From UHGV virus genome UHGV-0173462: DNA of 44,341 nucleotides; one strand, given 5' to 3'. A program made the translations under genes and the position numbers. The notes below the pieces were generated by a model. The model was not told where the DNA came from and searched no databases. It saw only the letters and a program-made list of their open reading frames with translations. The number at the start of each line of letters is the position of its first letter. Within the stretch, counting starts at the first letter, position 1. Source of the DNA: a virus. Of the stretch, positions 16,397 to 25,333 are shown piece by piece.

Positions 16397-16424
16397 AGGC
16401 ACTGTTTACGCAGTGTCTTTTTTA
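16397..16424 (+). terminator. Rho-independent terminator T2 (AGGCACTG-tttacg-CAGTGTCT + TTTTTT)
   Basis: 8-bp stem (one G.U) + T-run. Confidence 0.55.
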
Positions 16425-16467
16425 AAAATATAAAGAGTGCATAACGTAAAGTAGGTGGTAATATACG

Positions 16468-16848
16468 ATGACTAACATGCAAAATAACGCAACATTCGGG
16501 GCGTACTTGGAATTAACTAAGAAGCAACAAGAATATATACGCTTGAAGAACGAAACAGATTTAGCAGAGGGAGAAATAGCTGCTGAAATTGACGTTAACC
16601 GTTCTACTATATCTCGTTGGAAACATAATGATAAATTCAGAGAAGGCTTTAAAGGTTACCAAGCAGAGCATTTGTCTAAGCAGGTACCTAAAGCCTTACA
16701 AACGATGATTAACTTATTAGACGCTAAAAGTGAGCTAGTACGCTATCAAGCCTCTAAAGATATATTGGATCGTACAGGTTATACTCCTGTAGAAAGACAA
16801 CAAATCGAAACGACTGCGACGGTGCATTTCGACGATGATATCAATTAA
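16468..16848 (+). CDS. terS: Terminase small subunit
   Basis: 126 aa, HTH-like N-terminus, immediately upstream of and overlapping terL; RBS TAGGTGG. Confidence 0.75.
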   Translation: MTNMQNNATFGAYLELTKKQQEYIRLKNETDLAEGEIAAEIDVNRSTISRWKHNDKFREGFKGYQAEHLSKQVPKALQTMINLLDAKSELVRYQASKDILDRTGYTPVERQQIETTATVHFDDDIN

Positions 16849-18097
16849 ACTGTCCGAACTGTTACCTAAACACTTTCATAGCTTATGGAAGGCAACTAAG
16901 GATAGAGAGAAACTCAACATAGTAGCTAAAGGTGGACGTGGTAGTGGTAAGTCATCTGACATATCTATTATCATTACACAGTTAATCATGCGTTATCCTA
17001 TGAATGCAGTTGTAGTACGTAAGACAGATAATACATTAGCTACATCAGTGTTTGAACAAATCAAGTGGGCGATAGAAGAACAAAAGGTGTCACACCTGTT
17101 CAAAGTTAAAGTGTCGCCAATGGAAATCACATATGTACCCAGAGGGAATCGGATTATCTTTAGAGGGGCACAAAACCCTGAACGATTAAAGTCGTTAAAA
17201 GATAGTCGGTTCCCTTTTTCTATCATGTGGATAGAGGAGTTGGCAGAATTTAAGACAGAGGACGAAGTTACAACAATTACTAACTCTATGCTACGTGGTG
17301 AATTAGATGACGGATTGTTCTACAAGTTTTTCTTTAGCTACAATCCACCTAAGAGAAAACAATCGTGGGTTAACAAAAAATACGAAACCTCATTCCAACC
17401 GGATAATACATTCGTACATCATTCAACGTACTTAGATAACCCTTTTATATCTAAACAGTTTATACAAGAGGCAGAGAGTGCGAAAGAACGTAACGAACAA
17501 CGTTATCGTTGGGAGTATATGGGGGAAGCGATAGGGAGTGGCGTTGTGCCGTTTAACAATTTACAAATAGAGAAGATACCAGATGAGTTGTACGATAATT
17601 TCGATAATATAAGAAATGGTGCCGATTTTGGTTATGCTGCTGACCCGTTAGCATTTACTAGGTGGCATTACGATAAAAAGAAACGCATTTTATACGCTAT
17701 GGATGAAATATATGGTGTACAAATGAGTAACAGAGAATTCGCTAAAGAATTATGGAAACGCGGTTATCAATCAGATGAAATATATTGTGACTCCGCAGAA
17801 CCGAAGTCAATTGATGAATTAAAAAAAGAACATGGGATTAAGCGTGTCAAAGGTGTTAAGAAAGGCCCTGACAGTGTTGAATACGGGGAACAATGGTTAA
17901 ATGATTTAGACGCTATTGTTATTGACCCTAACAGAACACCTAACATAGCAAGAGAGTTTGAAAATATCGACTATGAAACGGACAAAGACGGTAACGTTAA
18001 ACCGAGATTAGAAGATAAAGACAATCACAGTATCGATTCCTGCAGGTACGCGCTCTCTAGAGACATGAGGCAGAATAAACTTAGCATACTTACGTAA
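16835..18097 (+). CDS. terL: Terminase large subunit (PBSX/Terminase_3-like, headful/pac type)
   Basis: Walker A AKGGRGSGKSSD, Walker B and nuclease motifs; 420 aa. Confidence 0.9.
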   Translation: MISIKLSELLPKHFHSLWKATKDREKLNIVAKGGRGSGKSSDISIIITQLIMRYPMNAVVVRKTDNTLATSVFEQIKWAIEEQKVSHLFKVKVSPMEITYVPRGNRIIFRGAQNPERLKSLKDSRFPFSIMWIEELAEFKTEDEVTTITNSMLRGELDDGLFYKFFFSYNPPKRKQSWVNKKYETSFQPDNTFVHHSTYLDNPFISKQFIQEAESAKERNEQRYRWEYMGEAIGSGVVPFNNLQIEKIPDELYDNFDNIRNGADFGYAADPLAFTRWHYDKKKRILYAMDEIYGVQMSNREFAKELWKRGYQSDEIYCDSAEPKSIDELKKEHGIKRVKGVKKGPDSVEYGEQWLNDLDAIVIDPNRTPNIAREFENIDYETDKDGNVKPRLEDKDNHSIDSCRYALSRDMRQNKLSILT

Positions 18098-18102
18098 ACG
18101 AG

Positions 18103-19539
18103 GTGATTAGCATTAATTGGCCATGGGATAAACCATATCACGAACAAGTGGTAGAACAGATTAAACCGAAGTATGAAACGCAAGAAGAAATGATATTGCG
18201 CTTAGTTAGAGAGCATAAAGAGAATATAGACAATATCACAATGGGTGAAAGATATTATAATCATCACCCAGATATATTAGACGCTCCTTTCAAAAGAGAT
18301 GTGAACGGCGACTATGACGAAACTAAACCAGACTGGCGCATGTATACTAACTACCATCAAAACTTAGTAGACCAGAAAGTAGCTTATGCAGTTGCTAATC
18401 CTGTGACATTTGGTGTAGATAATGACAAAGCATTAAAACAAATACAACACACACTTAATCACAAGTGGGATGACAAATTAGTAGATATATTAACTGCTGC
18501 AAGTAATAAAGGTATCGAATGGGTTCAACCATATGTAGATGAAGAGGGAGAATTTAAAACGTTTCGTGTACCTGCAGAACAAGCTGTACCTATTTGGACT
18601 AATAAGGAAAGAGATGAACTGCAAGCGTTTATACGTGTATATGAATTAGACGGAGCAGAACGTGTTGAGTATTGGACTAAAGATGATGTGACATTCTATG
18701 AGTTGAAAGAAGGACAACTTATCCCTGATTTCTATCGTAGTGAAGATCATATACAACCTCATTATTATCAAGGTAATAAATTGATGAGTTGGGGACGTGT
18801 TCCTTTTATTCCGTTCAAGAACAACCCACAAGAAGTATCTGACTTATTCATGTACAAAACAATCATAGACGCGTTAGATAAGCGATTATCAGACACACAA
18901 AACACTTTTGACGAATCAGTAGAGTTAATCTATATCTTAAAAGGTTATGAAGGTGAAGATATGAAAGACTTCATGCATAACCTTAAATACTACAAAGCAA
19001 TTAGTGTTGCAGGAGAAAGTGGTTCAGGTGTAGATACTATCAAAGTAGAAGTGCCTATCGACTCTGTTAAGGAATACACGAAGATGTTACGTGATTACAT
19101 TATAGAGTTTGGGCAAGGTGTAGACTTCCAACAAGATAAGTTTGGTAATAGCCCTAGTGGTATTGCACTTAAATTTATGTACAGTAACTTAGATTTAAAA
19201 GCGAATAAGTTAAAGAACAAAACACTTACTGCATTACAAGAGTTATTGCAGTACATTATCGACTTCTACAGATTAGATGTGAAAGTGCAAGACATCGAGA
19301 TTACATTCAACTTCAATGTAATGGTTAATGAGTTAGAAAACTCTCAAATTGCTATGAATTCTACAGGCTTATTATCTAAAGAAACTATTCTTTCTAATCA
19401 TTCTTGGGTTGAAGATCCTGTGGCTGAAATGGAAAGAATAGAGCAAGAAAACATAGAACTCAATCAACAACTCCCTGACATTGAGGAGGGATTGAATGAC
19501 GAACAACAAAGACAATCCGAAAATAACCAATCAGAATGA
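18103..19539 (+). CDS. Portal protein (SPP1 gp6-like)
   Basis: 478 aa, position after terL, acidic C-terminus. Confidence 0.85.
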   Translation: MISINWPWDKPYHEQVVEQIKPKYETQEEMILRLVREHKENIDNITMGERYYNHHPDILDAPFKRDVNGDYDETKPDWRMYTNYHQNLVDQKVAYAVANPVTFGVDNDKALKQIQHTLNHKWDDKLVDILTAASNKGIEWVQPYVDEEGEFKTFRVPAEQAVPIWTNKERDELQAFIRVYELDGAERVEYWTKDDVTFYELKEGQLIPDFYRSEDHIQPHYYQGNKLMSWGRVPFIPFKNNPQEVSDLFMYKTIIDALDKRLSDTQNTFDESVELIYILKGYEGEDMKDFMHNLKYYKAISVAGESGSGVDTIKVEVPIDSVKEYTKMLRDYIIEFGQGVDFQQDKFGNSPSGIALKFMYSNLDLKANKLKNKTLTALQELLQYIIDFYRLDVKVQDIEITFNFNVMVNELENSQIAMNSTGLLSKETILSNHSWVEDPVAEMERIEQENIELNQQLPDIEEGLNDEQQRQSENNQSE

Positions 19540-20443
19540 CATAGATAACTACATCGACAAACTGGTTAATCAAGCAGAGAAAGAAATCGAAATACTATTT
19601 GCTAAACGTTTGAAAGAAATCAAACAGATTATTGCGAATATGTACGAAAAGTACGATAGAGATGAACCGCAAGTAACGTGGACTGAATTCAATAAATACA
19701 ACAGGATCAACAAAGAACTTAATCGTATAGGACAGATGTTATCTCAAGACTACAGAGAAGTCGCTAAGGCTATCAAACAATCACAACAGAACGTCTATAT
19801 CGAAAAGTACATGATGAGCCTATTTTTGTATGAAGTAGCAAGTCAAACGTCTATGAGTTTTGATATACCAACCACACAAACGATACAGACAGCTATAGAA
19901 CAACCTATTGAATTTATTAAGTTAGTGCCCACACTACAGAAACATCGTGACGATACGTTGAAACGTATTCGTATGCATATCACACAAGGTATTATGAGTG
20001 GCGAAGGCTACTCTAAGATAGCTAAAGCGTTAAGAGATGATTTAGGTATGTCAAAAGCTCAATCAGTACGTGTAGCTAGAACAGAAACAGGACGTGCATT
20101 GTCACAAGCAGGATTAGATAGTGCAATGGTAGCTAAAGATAATGGACTCGATATGAAGAAACGTTGGTATGCTACTAAAGATACACGCACACGTGATACA
20201 CACAGACACTTAGACGGCACTTCAGTAGATATTGAAGATAACTTTCATTCTAGTGGTTGTGTAGGTCCTGCACCTAAGTTGTTTGTAGGTGTAGCTAGCG
20301 CAAAAGAGAACATCAACTGTCGTTGTAAACTACTTTATTACATAGACGAAGATGAATTACCTACAACGATGAGAACTAAAGAAGATGGCGTAATACCTTT
20401 CACTAACTATAGAGAGTGGGAGAAGAATAAACGTAAGCAGTAA
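19496..20443 (+). CDS. Minor head / head morphogenesis protein (SPP1 gp7 / Mu F-like)
   Basis: 315 aa following portal; RBS GAGGAGGGATTGA-ATG. Confidence 0.75.
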   Translation: MTNNKDNPKITNQNDIDNYIDKLVNQAEKEIEILFAKRLKEIKQIIANMYEKYDRDEPQVTWTEFNKYNRINKELNRIGQMLSQDYREVAKAIKQSQQNVYIEKYMMSLFLYEVASQTSMSFDIPTTQTIQTAIEQPIEFIKLVPTLQKHRDDTLKRIRMHITQGIMSGEGYSKIAKALRDDLGMSKAQSVRVARTETGRALSQAGLDSAMVAKDNGLDMKKRWYATKDTRTRDTHRHLDGTSVDIEDNFHSSGCVGPAPKLFVGVASAKENINCRCKLLYYIDEDELPTTMRTKEDGVIPFTNYREWEKNKRKQ

Positions 20444-20536
20444 ATACTCGACCTTAGCACCGTCGTTAAAAGGCTTCTTTTTTATACAAATCTTTCGTGT
20501 CGTTACACGTAAAAAACGTAAAAGGAGCAATTAAAT

Positions 20537-21130
20537 ATGGACTTATACGCATTATTAGGGCAATTTAAAGACGGTGAAATCGATAAACAGAAAGTGATTG
20601 ACGCTATTGATGAATCGAAATCAGGTATGGTACCACGTTCTCGACTGAATGACAAGAACGCTGAAATCGATGAATTAAAAGCAGAGATTACTAACCGTGA
20701 TGAACAAATTGCCAAATTACATGACTCTGTGAAAGATGATAGCGAGTTACAAAAAGAACTCGATGAATTAAAAGATAAAAACGCAGAGTGGCAAACTAAG
20801 TACCAAGAATCACAATTGAATAACGCTGTTAAGTTAGCTGTTGCGAAAGACGCAAACGACGCTGACGACATTCTAGCTTTCATCAACAAAGATGAACTAG
20901 AACTACAAGATGACGGCAAAGTTAAAGGTTTAGATAAAGCGATTGAATCGTTAAAAGAGTCTAAGCCTTATTTATTTGCTGAAAGTAAACCAAGTGGACG
21001 CACACCAGACGACGGTAAAAACGTAAATGGTGGGATTACACAAGAAGAATTTAACAATATGAGTGTCACAGAGAGAACTAATCTATTCGTTAACGATAGA
21101 AAAACTTACGACACTCTAATAAACAATTAG
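20537..21130 (+). CDS. Scaffolding protein
   Basis: Acidic, coiled-coil rich, immediately upstream of capsid gene. Confidence 0.75.
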   Translation: MDLYALLGQFKDGEIDKQKVIDAIDESKSGMVPRSRLNDKNAEIDELKAEITNRDEQIAKLHDSVKDDSELQKELDELKDKNAEWQTKYQESQLNNAVKLAVAKDANDADDILAFINKDELELQDDGKVKGLDKAIESLKESKPYLFAESKPSGRTPDDGKNVNGGITQEEFNNMSVTERTNLFVNDRKTYDTLINN

Positions 21131-21147
21131 AAAAGAGGTAATAACAT

Positions 21148-21978
21148 ATGGCACAAGGAACAACAACTAAAAGTACACAAATCGTTCCAGAAGTATTAAA
21201 ACCTATGATGCAAGCAGAATTAGATAAGAAATTGAGATTTGCACAATTTGCAGACATTGACAGTACATTAGTAGGACAACCAGGCGACACTTTAACTTTC
21301 CCTGCATTTGTTTACAGTGGTGACGCTACAGTAGTACCTGAAGGACAAAAAATTCCTGTAGACAAAATTGAAACTAACAGACGTGAAGCTAAAATTCATA
21401 AAATCGGTAAAGGTACTGATATTACTGATGAAGCTTTATTATCTGGTTATGGTGACCCTCAAGGCGAAGCAGTACGTCAACATGGCTTAGCCATTGCTAA
21501 CAAAGTAGATAACGACGTATTAGAAGCTTTACGAGGCACGAAATTAACAGTTAGTGGAGATATTGGTACATTAGCAGGTTTAGAAGCTGCTATTGATACA
21601 TTTGACGATGAAGATTTAGAACCAATGGTATTATTCATTAATCCTAAAGACGCTGGTAAATTACGTTCTAGTGCTTCAGATAACTTCACTCGCGCTACTG
21701 AATTAGGCGATAACATTATCGTTAAAGGTGCGTTTGGCGAAGCGTTAGGAGCTGTTATTGTACGTTCTAAGAAATTAGATGAGGGCGAAGCTATTTTAGC
21801 TAAACGTGGTGCAGTTAAATTAATCACTAAACGTGATTTCTTCTTAGAAACTGACCGTGATCCTTCAACTAAAACAACTGCTTTATACAGTGATAAACAT
21901 TATGTAGCATACTTATATGACGAATCTAAAGCAGTTAAGGTAACTAAAGGCGCTGGAACTACAGACTCAGGCGCATAA
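21148..21978 (+). CDS. Major capsid protein
   Basis: 276 aa; position; strong RBS. Confidence 0.85.
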   Translation: MAQGTTTKSTQIVPEVLKPMMQAELDKKLRFAQFADIDSTLVGQPGDTLTFPAFVYSGDATVVPEGQKIPVDKIETNRREAKIHKIGKGTDITDEALLSGYGDPQGEAVRQHGLAIANKVDNDVLEALRGTKLTVSGDIGTLAGLEAAIDTFDDEDLEPMVLFINPKDAGKLRSSASDNFTRATELGDNIIVKGAFGEALGAVIVRSKKLDEGEAILAKRGAVKLITKRDFFLETDRDPSTKTTALYSDKHYVAYLYDESKAVKVTKGAGTTDSGA

Positions 21979-21994
21979 AAGGAGGTAGTGACGT

Positions 21995-22285
21995 ATGTAT
22001 AAAGTAATCGAATACTTCACAGACTTACAAGATAACAACTACGAATATAACGTTGGAGATACGTTCCCTCGTAAAGGTTTAAATGTAAGTAATGAACGAT
22101 TAACTGAACTATCCACAAAAGAGAACCGTCAAAACAAGCCCCTTATTGAGCGTGTAGAGAGCGACAAAGACTTAAAAGGTATGAAAGTATCAGAATTAAG
22201 AGAACTCGCTAAAGAACGTGAAATAGAGGGCTTTTCTAGTATGAAAAAAGATGAACTCATTGAAGCATTAGGAAGTGTTGAGTAA
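21995..22285 (+). CDS. Rho-N/SAP-like domain protein common after capsid genes
   Basis: C-terminal MKVSELRELAKEREIEGFSSMKKDELIEAL resembles Rho N-terminal domain. Confidence 0.6.
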   Translation: MYKVIEYFTDLQDNNYEYNVGDTFPRKGLNVSNERLTELSTKENRQNKPLIERVESDKDLKGMKVSELRELAKEREIEGFSSMKKDELIEALGSVE

Positions 22286-22599
22286 TGAACGCACAAGACG
22301 TTAAATTATTAAACAATCTCTCACTCGATGATACTTCAAATGACGAAACAATCGAATTACTTATTGAAAAGTATCTGAATGTAGCTGAAGAGTATTGTAA
22401 TCAAACATTCAATAGGAAGTCATTACCTAGTAATGTAGAGAAATTCATTGCTAACTGTATTAAACAAGGTACGACTAGCAATATTTCTTCACGTACTATG
22501 GGTACTGTGAGCTACACTTTCGTTACTGATCTACCTAAGGAAACATACGGTTACCTTAAACCATTTAGACGCTTACGTTGGACTGGTTATCATGTTTAA
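22285..22599 (+). CDS. Head-tail connector (gp6-like) protein
   Basis: 104 aa; position and size. Confidence 0.65.
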   Translation: MNAQDVKLLNNLSLDDTSNDETIELLIEKYLNVAEEYCNQTFNRKSLPSNVEKFIANCIKQGTTSNISSRTMGTVSYTFVTDLPKETYGYLKPFRRLRWTGYHV

Positions 22600-22921
22600 T
22601 CCATTAAATGAGTTTCCTCATACAATCGAATTAGGCTCAAGAGAGGTTGTAGGAGAGTATCCGCGTGAACAAGAGCGCTTTAAGAGCGAAAAAACAATAC
22701 AAGGATTTATGGATACGCCTACTTCATCTGAACAACTCAAGTTTCATCAAATGAACCAATCATACGACAGAAACCTATATACGCCGTACAGCCTGCCAAT
22801 AACTAACACAAACTTATTTAAATACAACGGTAAAACTTACGAAGTAGTAGGAGAACCTGTCGACCAAGGCGGACAACAAGAAATCAACTTAACAAGATTG
22901 AGAGAATGTCCTATTGGCTAA
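22592..22921 (+). CDS. Head-tail adaptor / head closure protein
   Basis: 109 aa; position and size. Confidence 0.6.
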   Translation: MFNPLNEFPHTIELGSREVVGEYPREQERFKSEKTIQGFMDTPTSSEQLKFHQMNQSYDRNLYTPYSLPITNTNLFKYNGKTYEVVGEPVDQGGQQEINLTRLRECPIG

Positions 22922-23150
22922 GGTTAAATACGGAAATTGGGATTTAGTTAAGGAACTTGAGGAGTTTGAAAAAGAAACGATTAGATGGGCTAAAAAAGGT
23001 ATAGCCAAGACAACAACAATTATTCACAATTCAATAGTTAGTAACATGCCTGTTGATACCGGTTATCTTAGAGAAAGTGTTTCTATGGACTTTAAGAAAG
23101 GCGGGTTAACAGGCGTTATTAATATTGGTAGTGAGTACGCGATAAAACGT
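22914..23150 (+). CDS. HK97 gp10-like tail-component protein, exon 1 (as an unspliced ORF it runs to 23180)
   Basis: MAKVKYGNWD...NMPVDTGYLRESVS matches the gp10-family motif aPvDTGnLR.S; ORF lacks the conserved C-terminal AQPF..PA motif, which is found 1 kb downstream. Confidence 0.6.
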
Positions 23151-23266
23151 ATGTCGCAATTACTGGCAACAGTAATTTAAAAATCGAGCAAAATCGGTGG
23201 AACTCTTTATATGTGTAGTTGTATATTGATTACGGTACAGGTATAATATACATGAGGTGATTATAT

Positions 23267-23938
23267 TTGAAACGTAATAATAAAGGTCAGTTTGTAAAAG
23301 GTATGAATATTAAAGATAAAACAAATGAGAGGCATGGAAGATTAAAAGTAATTGGAATATCAGATAAAAGGTCCGGCAGAAAAACTTATTGGAACTGCTT
23401 GTGTGATTGCGGTAATAAAGTGACTGTAAGAAGTGATTGTTTAGGTACTACTAAGTCGTGTGGTTGTTTAAAGAAAACGAAAGCACCGCTTAATCTAGGA
23501 AAAACTAATTTGCATGGTTTAACCCACCATCCAGTATATGGAAGATGGAATGCTATGATAAATAGATGCGAAAACCCTAACACGTTAGCTTATAAAAATT
23601 ACGGCGAACGTGGTATTAAAGTATGTGATGAATGGCACGACCTAAAAGAATTCATTCGCTGGAGTGAGGAAAATGGCTTTAACAATAAATTAACATTAGA
23701 AAGAATAGATGTTAATGGCAACTACGAACCATCAAACTGTAAATGGATCCCTATGAAAGAACAGTATTATAATAAACGCACTTCTGTTTATCACACATAT
23801 AATGGAGAAACAAAAACTACAATGCAATGGACTCATGAATTAAATATACCTTTACACAAAGTGTCAAAATACAAGAAAAACAATATACCTTTTGTAGATT
23901 TGATTAGAGAATATAAAGACAACACCGAGGTAACTTAA
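23267..23938 (+). CDS. HNH homing endonuclease (AP2/HNH_3-like), TTG start
   Basis: Zn-ribbon CLCDCGNKVTVRSDCLGTTKSCGC and LERIDVNGNYEPSNCKWIP (HNH/AP2-like); RBS TGAGGTGA; own promoter TTGTAT-17-TATAAT (23220-23248). Confidence 0.75.
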   Translation: MKRNNKGQFVKGMNIKDKTNERHGRLKVIGISDKRSGRKTYWNCLCDCGNKVTVRSDCLGTTKSCGCLKKTKAPLNLGKTNLHGLTHHPVYGRWNAMINRCENPNTLAYKNYGERGIKVCDEWHDLKEFIRWSEENGFNNKLTLERIDVNGNYEPSNCKWIPMKEQYYNKRTSVYHTYNGETKTTMQWTHELNIPLHKVSKYKKNNIPFVDLIREYKDNTEVT

Positions 23939-24009
23939 TAGATTGCGGAAGGCTATTAAGCACCGTAGAGCGTACCAGTTGAATAAATATAATACTGGCA
24001 AGAGTGTTC

Positions 24010-24035
24010 GACAACCAATAACGGTTGTCTTTTTT
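24010..24035 (+). terminator. Rho-independent terminator after HNH ORF (GACAACC-aataac-GGTTGTC + TTTTTT)
   Basis: Perfect 7-bp stem + T6. Confidence 0.6.
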
Positions 24036-24119
24036 ATTGGTTGAAAATGTACGCCGAACTTACAGGTGACTGTAAGAAGTAAAGGATAAAAAGCCTTTAC
24101 GATAACAAGATGATACGTG

Positions 24120-24296
24120 AATTACGGTACAGGGATATACGCAGTCGGTCCAGGTGGTAGTCGTGCAAAGAATATCCCGTGGCGTTACAAAGACGCAGAC
24201 GGACATTGGCACACAACTAAAGGGCAACATGCACAACCTTTTTGGGAACCAGCAATTGATGAAGGTAGAGCGTTTTTCAATAAGTATTTTTCATAA
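24120..24296 (+). CDS. HK97 gp10-like tail-component protein, exon 2 (58 codons, no own start/RBS)
   Basis: NYGTGIYAVGPGGSRAKNIPWRYKDADGHWHTTKGQHAQPFWEPAIDEGRAFFNKYFS* carries the gp10-family C-terminal motif AQPF..PA; same frame as exon 1; spliced product 137 aa. Confidence 0.5.
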   Translation, partial: NYGTGIYAVGPGGSRAKNIPWRYKDADGHWHTTKGQHAQPFWEPAIDEGRAFFNKYFS

Positions 24297-24308
24297 GGTG
24301 GTTAAGAT

Positions 24309-24746
24309 ATGTGGGTATCAGTAGAACGGTATCTGTTTAACAAGATATATAACAAATTAAAGAGCAACCCTATCGTCAGTAAACAACTAGGCGGTAGGGT
24401 TTTTGATTGCGTTCAAAAAGACGCTGTTTACCCATATATCGTTGTGGGTGAAACAAACGTCACTAATAAAGAGACAACGACAAGTATGTTTGAAGATGTA
24501 GGCGTTACATTGCATGTTTATAGCCAAGCTAGAAATAGAGATGAAGCCTCACAAATCATCCAATACTTAGGTTTTGTACTTAACTCTGAAATAGAAATAA
24601 ATAACTATTCATTTATAAAAAGTCGAATTGATACACAAGAAGTGATAACTGACATTGATCAGTACACGAAGCACGGTATCATTCGGCTTATTTTTAAATA
24701 CAGACACAATACTTTACAAAGGAGTGTAACGAATGGCGCAGAATAA
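24309..24746 (+). CDS. Tail completion / tail terminator protein (DUF3168-like)
   Basis: 145 aa between gp10-like and major tail genes. Confidence 0.6.
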   Translation: MWVSVERYLFNKIYNKLKSNPIVSKQLGGRVFDCVQKDAVYPYIVVGETNVTNKETTTSMFEDVGVTLHVYSQARNRDEASQIIQYLGFVLNSEIEINNYSFIKSRIDTQEVITDIDQYTKHGIIRLIFKYRHNTLQRSVTNGAE

Positions 24747-25272
24747 ATATATTGCAGCGTTACAAATCGCTGACAAAGATTTAGCGAGCAAGCTAAAAGA
24801 AGAAGATGCTATTCTGTTAGCTAGTTTAGCTGAGGGTGGACACACAATCAGTAATGACTTAGCTGAAATGATTACAGGTGGCAAAAAAGACTACGGTCGT
24901 AACTCTGTAGAAGAAGAAATCAAGTTAACTGTTGATCGTGTTCCTGGCGACAAAGGTCAAGAAGCTTTAAAAGAGACAGTTAAAAACTTCAAGCAGTTAC
25001 GTTTATGGATTTGGGAAGTTAAGAAACGTGACGGTAAACATCACGGTACTTTCGCTTATGTAATTGTAGAAGAGCACGAATGGTCATTTGATGATGAGGA
25101 TGACAAAATCGAAATCACTGCAAAAGTTAAATTTAACAGTGCAGACGGTTCTGTTGATTCATTACCACCAGAATGGCTCAACCCTAGTGCTGCTGCTCCT
25201 ACAGTTGAATGGGAAGATATGGGAGCTTATACAGACTCATACGAAAACCGTACACCTAGTGCTGGTGCATAA
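24733..25272 (+). CDS. Major tail protein
   Basis: 179 aa; followed by strong terminator and G/G-T chaperone genes. Confidence 0.75.
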   Translation: MAQNKYIAALQIADKDLASKLKEEDAILLASLAEGGHTISNDLAEMITGGKKDYGRNSVEEEIKLTVDRVPGDKGQEALKETVKNFKQLRLWIWEVKKRDGKHHGTFAYVIVEEHEWSFDDEDDKIEITAKVKFNSADGSVDSLPPEWLNPSAAAPTVEWEDMGAYTDSYENRTPSAGA

Positions 25273-25279
25273 GTTTTAC

Positions 25280-25306
25280 GAGGGCATTAAGCCCTCTATT
25301 TTTTTG
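25280..25306 (+). terminator. Rho-independent terminator/attenuator (GAGGGC-attaa-GCCCTC + TATTTTTTT)
   Basis: Perfect 6-bp GC-rich stem + T-run. Confidence 0.65.
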
Positions 25307-25333
25307 TACAAAATAACAGAAAGAGGTTAAAGA

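Larger units (their letters stand above)
23151..24119 (+). mobile_element. Putative group I intron (~969 nt) carrying an HNH homing endonuclease gene, inserted in the HK97-gp10-like tail gene
   Basis: Exon 1 ends in U (23150), intervening sequence ends in G (24119), exon 2 in same frame; GNRA-capped hairpins (AATTACTG-GCAA-CAGTAATT 23158-23179; CTTACAG-GUGA-CTGTAAG 24059-24076); internal promoter and terminator around the HNH ORF. Confidence 0.5.

Noticed and set aside
16294-16482. 62-aa minus-strand ORF spanning both terminators upstream of terS
   Set aside because: It runs through two hairpin terminators and the terS start, with no SD and junk-like sequence. Only the separate 13-codon mini-ORF with a perfect SD was kept as an observation.
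23151-24119. Group II intron or IS element interpretation of the HNH-containing insert
   Set aside because: No reverse transcriptase/maturase, no GUGYG...AY boundaries or domain V, no transposase and no terminal inverted repeats. Size and a free-standing HNH fit a group I intron or HEG cassette instead.
25088-25330. 80-aa plus-strand ORF overlapping the 3' end of the major tail gene
   Set aside because: Alternative frame inside a well-supported gene; it crosses the terminator and has no SD.
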